Source: Octopus sinensis
Taxonomy: Eukaryota
DNA: 25,190 bases
Assembly: GCF_006345805.1 (NCBI RefSeq)
Contig: NW_021836191.1
Coordinates: 1-25,190 of the forward strand
Direction of reading: 5' to 3'
The position numbers were made by a program, and so were the translations under genes. The notes beneath the pieces are model-generated. The model worked only from the letters and a program-made list of their open reading frames with translations, was not told where the DNA came from and ran no database searches. Every line of letters begins with the position of its first letter. The stretch's first letter is position 1. Below are positions 19,675 through 25,190 of the stretch, piece after piece.

Positions 19675-20090
19675 GGGGAAAAGAGAGCAAGGGAGAGGAG
19701 GTGTATGTGAGTGAGAGAGGAGGGAGGTGGAGAGAGAGAGGGTGGGGAATAGAGAAGGTGAAAGAGTGTGTCAGTGGGTGTTTGATAATGAAAAGAAAAG
19801 AAAGGAAAGGAAAAGAGGAAAGTGTAAAATTTTGATGGGAGAGAAAGGGAGAGGAGAAAGTTTGTGATAGGAGAAAAGGAGAGTGAGAGAGAGGAGGAGG
19901 AAGTAAAAATAATAGGAGAAAGGGAGATAGAGGAGGAAGAAAAAGTGGTAGGAGAAAAGGAGAGGCGAGGAGGAGGAGGAAGTAAAAGTGATAGGAGGAA
20001 AGGAGAGACGGAGAGAAAGGAGGGAGGGAGGGAAAGAGGATATTGAGAAACAGGTTAGGACAAGTGAGAGAGAGAGAGAGAGTGCAGAGA
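19675..20090. repeat. Polypurine (GA-rich) low-complexity tract
   Basis: About 400 nt strongly dominated by A/G on the + strand. Confidence 0.8.
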
Positions 20091-20522
20091 GGTTATGTGG
20101 GTGAAGAAAGGCCAAGCACTGCAAAACAACATGAAACAACAGAAAAATAAACAAGCAAAGAAATAAAATAAAATAAAATAGAATAAACAAATAATTGAAA
20201 TATAATCAGAAAAATAAATTAAAAGGTACAAAAACATGTAATCAATGTAAACAATAAATGAAATGAATGTTATATGCATATATATGGATATATATATATA
20301 TATAATGCATATGTGCTTCTAAGGTGTGTGTGTTGTACAGGTAAGTACATATGTATATCGATAGGTGCATAATAATTTGTGTGCATATGTATGTATGTGT
20401 GTGTGTATGTGTATATATATATATAGAATTTTTTTAAGAGATGGTGTTCCATAGGTAATACACTATTAAATATGCTTTATTTTAGAAATCCTGATAGGTC
20501 TGTTATGTATGTATGTGTGTGC

Positions 20523-20572
<50 letters not shown>

Positions 20573-20596
20573 TATATATATATGAATGTATCTATA

Positions 20597-20790
20597 AATA
20601 GGAAGATCATCTGGTTTACACCCCTTACTCACCCGAGGTGACCTTCAATATAGGTAAATATTTCTTAACACTGATAGATAGACATTTTCCAGTTAACCAT
20701 ACTTATAGGAAATTCTTCAATAAACACAATTTAAAAATTAGTTTTAGTTCAACGACCAATTTTAAAAATATAATCACACATAACACACAA
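20597..20790 (+). mobile_element. Penelope-like retroelement fragment (post-RT/linker region, Neptune-like), frameshifted
   Basis: RKIIWFTP, then a 1-nt frameshift in the C run at 20621-20624, then YSPEVTFNIGKYFLTLIDRHFPVNHTYRKFFNKHNLKISFSSTTNFKNIITHN; matches the recalled PLE motif IIWFNPPYS..V.TNIGK.FL.LIDKHFP..H.L.KIFN...VK.SYS...N...II..HN. Confidence 0.8.
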
Positions 20791-21072
20791 AAAACCACAA
20801 CAAGAAAACATGTATGTATATGTGTGCACGAGTGTTTGTGTAGGTGTGTTTTTATATCGGTATCTTCACTAATATGTATGTATGTATGAATGTACATCTG
20901 TGTTTGCGCGCGTGTGTGTGTGTAGACCTCACTAAAGAAGAAAAAGAACTGATGTTAAGGTGGTGAATGCATGACCAAGGTTTTGGATCGAGGGAACTGG
21001 GGAAGAGTTGTTGTTGACAGCAATTCCATCATTAGGGTTACTGATTTGGTGGGGCAGCACACTGTTTTGGCG

Positions 21073-21304
21073 ATGGTGGTGAGCTGGCAGAAACGTTAGC
21101 ACGCCGGGCGAAATGCGTAGCCATATTTCATCTGCTGTTACGTTCTGAGTTCAAATTCTGCCGAGGTCGACTTTGCCTTTCATCCTTTCGAGGTCGATAA
21201 ATTAAGTACCAGTTACGCACTGGGGTCGATATAATCGACTTAATCCGTTTGTCTGTCCTTGTGTAGCCCCTTGTGGATAGTAAAGAAATAAAGAAATAGG
21301 TAAT
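21073..21304 (+). mobile_element. SINE family A, tail type 1, short deletion in tail
   Basis: Aligns to 13800-14038; possible TSD gatggtgg at 21072-21079 and 21305-21312. Confidence 0.92.
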
Positions 21305-21600
21305 GATGGTGGGGAGTGGGGGTGATGGTAGTGGCAGTGGTCATGGGGGGGGGGGTTAAGGAATCAGCAGGGAGACCCCGAGAAAAAGCAAGCGGAGAGA
21401 AATAATGAGATGATAATGCAGGGCAAGAAATTGTTTGCAGAGAGTTTGTGTTAAGAGCAACGGCAGTTGGGGTGGGGTAGTAGGAGGAGGTAGTGGTAAA
21501 GGTGAGAGAAGGGGAAGAAGGGGAATGGAAGAATACAGAAGTGGTGGTGGTGGTGGTGGTGATGAGGATAGTAGTGATGGAAGAAAGTAATGGGGTGGCT

Positions 21601-21773
21601 TGTTGGATGCTGGTGTGTTTACATCCCTGTAACTTAGCAGTTTGGCAAGAGAGACTGATAGAATAAGTACTAGGCTTAGAAAGAATAAGTCCTGGGATCG
21701 ATTTGATCGACCAAAGGCAGTGCTCCAGTATGGCTGCAGTCAAATGACTGAAACAAATAAAGAAAAAGAAAGA

Positions 21774-21775
<2 letters not shown>
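21601..21775 (+). mobile_element. SINE family B 3' half
   Basis: gatgctggtgtgtttacatccctgtaacttagc...gctccagtatggctgcagtcaaatgactgaaacaa. Confidence 0.85.
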
Positions 21776-21809
<34 letters not shown>

Positions 21810-21816
21810 GGTGCTG

Positions 21817-22030
21817 TGTCTTTTCATCCAACGTTGCTTCGTCAAGCGTCTTTTCGTCTGTCTTTTTGTCCAATGGCAAATCCTATCAATAAAATTCTCA
21901 ATGATTATTTGATTTTGATGTTCACGTTGTTTTCTTAAGAGTTTATTTAAAATTGGACAAAAACTCATCGGACAAAAAGACAGACCAAAAGACACGGACG
22001 AAGTGATGTTGGACAAAGTGAGTGACATCG
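21817..22030. mobile_element. Degenerate MITE-like element with ~49-bp inverted arms
   Basis: 21827-21875 versus the reverse complement of 21966-22013 (shared core gtctgtctttttgtcc), roughly 80% identical by eye; repeated GGACRAA motifs. Confidence 0.6.
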
Positions 22031-22051
22031 AATGAAAAGAAGAGACACGTA

Positions 22052-22089
<38 letters not shown>

Positions 22090-22264
22090 TACCCATCAAT
22101 CTATATGTGTATGTGTTTGTCCATCTGTATACATGTATGTATGTATCTACCTTGCTACTACACATAGAGATAGCTATCATCTTCGTCTAATTATTGATCA
22201 AGCTATGTCAGTGTATTTCACTGGCTATGTTTGTATGTGTTTGTCTATCATACTGATAGATCTG

Positions 22265-22385
22265 TATATCTGTCTATCTATCTATCTACTTGATAGATGA
22301 ATGGATAGATAGAGAGACAGATAGTAGATAGATAGATAGTTAGAGAGATAGATAACCATATATCAATCCATCCATCCATCCATGT
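22265..22385. repeat. (TATC)n/(GATA)n/(TCCA)n tetranucleotide cluster
   Basis: Read directly. Confidence 0.8.
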
Positions 22386-23055
22386 GTCGATTCTTCCACA
22401 TACAGTAACTCTTAAGATCCAAGAAAGTTAGATGGAATTTATGAAATGGTGTTGGCACAGAGGAGGCAAGCTGGAAATAATAAATATGATGTAAGGCGAT
22501 GTGAAGAAGATGCAGAAAGGGAAAAGAAGAAAACGGAAAAATTGGCATGATAAAACTGAAGAAAGATGATGGGAAACATGGACAGAAGAAAGAAATGTCT
22601 GTCACAATTTGTCTTAGATGTTGGTGAAAGGGGAAAAAAATGTTCAAAAGCAGCCTAACCTCCCCTTCCCTCTTACTATACATTCAGACCCTGTCTTTTA
22701 ATAAACACTCACTCAGAGTTCCTTAGAAGCATCTATGTCTGGAGTTGGAAGGGGTGAGAAACAGTTAACTAACCTGGCTTTCCTTTGATTTATAAAGTGT
22801 TGGCTTTTTGTATCTGTGATGGTGGTGGTGGTGGTGGTGGTCTTTGTTGTGGCATACTGTTGTTGTTGTTGTTGTTGTTTGGAAGCAACAATTATCAAGA
22901 TTGTTGTATACAGATAGATAGCTTTTTTGAGAATTTGTGCAAATTTTGCAATTGATTTGTGTGTGTGTGCATGCGTGTGTGTATAACATAGCCACATATA
23001 TACACATATATAGCCACATATATACACATATACTACTTCAGAAATTCATATATAT

Positions 23056-23330
23056 GAGAGTGCATGGCCTTGTTGTTAGGATGTTACACTTACAATCCGC
23101 AAGATCGTGGTTTCTATTCCTAGACCGGGTGGTGTGTTGTGTTCTTGAGCAAGACACTTTATCTCACATTGTTCTGTGATCTGACCCATGTCACCTGACC
23201 CATGGTACACCATGCATCTGTTCAGGCCAAAGTTGATTTGATTGAGAGAGTGAGCTAATGTACAGCACATACATGGGATCACTATAAACAAATCATTTGT
23301 GCAGATCATTCAGCAAAAAGCCGTGCACTC
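23056..23330 (+). mobile_element. SINE family E (tRNA-like head + CORE-like motif), old
   Basis: gcatggccttgttgttagg (A-box-like), gtggtttctattcc (B-box-like), tgtgttcttgagcaagacacttt (CORE-like). 3' boundary uncertain. Confidence 0.6.
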
Positions 23331-23373
23331 ACAAATCGTTTTTGATGGGAGAGTCCATTATATATATATATAT

Positions 23374-23683
23374 AACTTATAAACAAGGGCAAAAGAAAAA
23401 TTATTTCTATGCCAATATGCTGAGAACAGACTTTAAATCGTCAGTTTCCACATTACACTATATACATTCACTATAAATACACATCGTGCTGAAATCGAGG
23501 AAAGCAAGCTAACAGAACAAACTTTAAAAAAAAAAAATATTCCGCTAGCTTGCTTTCCTCAATTTCAGCAGGATGTGTTTTTATAGAGAATGTATAGTGT
23601 AATGTGGAAATTGACAATTTAAAGTCTGTTCTCAGCATATTGGCATAGAAATAATTTTTTTCTTTTGCCCTTGTTTATAAGTT
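23374..23683. mobile_element. Foldback/MITE-like inverted repeat, 140-bp arms
   Basis: 23374-23513 versus reverse complement of 23544-23683: 7 substitutions and two 2-bp indels by my alignment; 30-nt spacer. Confidence 0.85.
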
Positions 23684-23829
23684 GTTTATAATTTTCACTT
23701 TTAAAGGTATTTTAATATGCTGCCCCTTTTGATGAAATTTTTCTGAAAAAAATTTTATCCTATAGTAGTATATATATATATATATTATATATATATATAT
23801 ATTATATAATATGAATATATCTATTCCCA

Positions 23830-24098
23830 TTACTTGTTTCAGTCAATGGGCTGTGACCATGCTGTGACACCACTTCGAAGGAATTTCAGTCTAACAAATC
23901 AACTCCAGTGCTTATCAAGCAGTGGTGGGGAACAAACACACACAGGTGCATGCATGCACGCATACACATGGCAGACTTCCATTCAGTTTTCGTCAAAAGG
24001 CATTTGTTGGTGTTGGGCTTTAGTAAAAGACACTTTCTCAAAGTGCTGCACAGTAGGACTGAACTTGAAACCACACGGTAGCAAAGTAAGCTGAGAAC
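23830..24098 (-). mobile_element. SINE family B, old, internally deleted
   Basis: tacttgtttcagtc...gaccatgctg...tcaagcagtggtgggg...gtaaaagacacttt...ggactgaacttgaaaccac. Confidence 0.7.
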
Positions 24099-24218
24099 CA
24101 TTACTCTGAGTCTCATACTTCTGACCTTCAGATGGTTGCGAATGCACTGGCTTCTGAAAATGACAAATGCAAAAACTCAGATAAACAGTTAGCGAAGTTT
24201 CCTATTTAAATTATATAT

Positions 24219-24387
24219 CAGGAGTGGCTGTGTGGTAAGTAGCTTGCTAACCAACCACATGGTTCTGGGTTCAGTTCCACTGCGTGGCATCTTGGGCAAG
24301 TGTCTTCTGCTATAGCCTCGGGCCGACCAAAGCCTTGTGAGTTGATTTGGTAGACGGAAACTGAAAGAAGCCCGTCGTATATATGTA

Positions 24388-24419
<32 letters not shown>

Positions 24420-24626
24420 GTGCGTTTGTCGCCCTAGTATTGCTTGACAACCGATGCTGGTGTGTTTACGCCCCCGTAACTTAGCGGTTCGGCAAAAGAG
24501 ACGGATAGAATAAGTACTGGGCTTACAAAGAATAAGTCCCGGGGTCGAGTTGCTCGATTAAAGGTGGTGCTCCAGCATGGCCGCAGTCAAATGACTGAAA
24601 CAAGTAGAAGAGTAAAAGAGTAGAGT
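24219..24626 (+). mobile_element. SINE family B, essentially full length, young
   Basis: Aligns to 7301-7751; tatatat on both flanks. Confidence 0.9.
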
Positions 24627-24644
24627 ATATATATATATATATAT

Positions 24645-24680
24645 CTCATCATAATCATTGTTTAATGTCCACCTTCCAAG
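24645..24680 (-). mobile_element. SINE family C-type tail fragment
   Basis: catcataatcattgtttaatgtccaccttcca resembles the reverse-complement C tail. Confidence 0.5.
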
Positions 24681-25190
24681 ACAAGACCCCACTCAGCTGA
24701 GTGGAGTATGTAGTGTTGAGGTGGGTGGCTTTATGCCATTTGGTTAGAGATTAAAATATGACAGAGTGACAGGAACAGGTGTGTTGCTGGGGGGGGGGGC
24801 AGATATATTGTTACACCCAGTTGGAAAAAAAGTAGGATTGTAATGAAGATGTTTCAGGGTTTACCTTAACAGGAAGTTACAGGAAGTTGAGTAAGAGAGA
24901 AATGTTACAGGAGGCTAAGTTCATGGGGATTGTGAGAGGTGAGTAGCAGGTAAGTAGAGCTGAGGAAAGAGGGAGGTATGCAGGGGAAGGTGAAATGAAA
25001 AGGGGATTTAGTGGAAAATAAGGGATCATAAATATTACCATATGTGAGTTCACTGTCTTCATGTATATTATGTTATTATGCATATATATATTATATATAT
25101 GTATATGTATATATAAATATATATATGTATAGTAATATATAAAGTATATATATTATGTAATATATATGTATATATTTGTATATATATATA

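Noticed and set aside
21240-22088. 282-aa minus-strand ORF
   Set aside because: Runs through a MITE, a SINE half and simple repeats; no coherent protein.
22410-22550. Charged peptide frame (PRKLDGIYEMVLAQRRQAG...)
   Set aside because: Bounded by stops, weak splice signals, purine-rich bias.

Overview
AT-rich, microsatellite-saturated eukaryotic non-coding DNA (intron or intergenic). The repeat content resembles, from my recall, that of octopus (coleoid cephalopod) genomes; the species cannot be confirmed here. No convincing host protein-coding gene is present, and most listed ORFs are translations of (TA)n/(CA)n/(GAT)n tracts or SINEs. The window holds about 25 copies or fragments of at least four tRNA-derived SINE families (my labels A, B, C, E), a decayed RTE-clade (RTE-X-like) LINE 3' end split by two SINE insertions with clean target-site duplications (TSDs), a frameshifted Penelope-like element fragment, and three foldback/MITE-like inverted repeats. 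The most interesting structures are: a 4 x 185-bp head-to-tail SINE array inside a single TSD, with an ABAB variant pattern and a mosaic head; a second SINE chimera inside one TSD; a two-hairpin motif with compensatory changes shared by two SINE families; an exact 25-bp inverted copy of a diverged SINE segment that looks like a templated repair insertion; and several long hairpins that are candidate ADAR substrates. Element boundaries are read by eye and approximate unless a TSD is given. One weak minus-strand exon candidate (7856-7969) is reported at low confidence.
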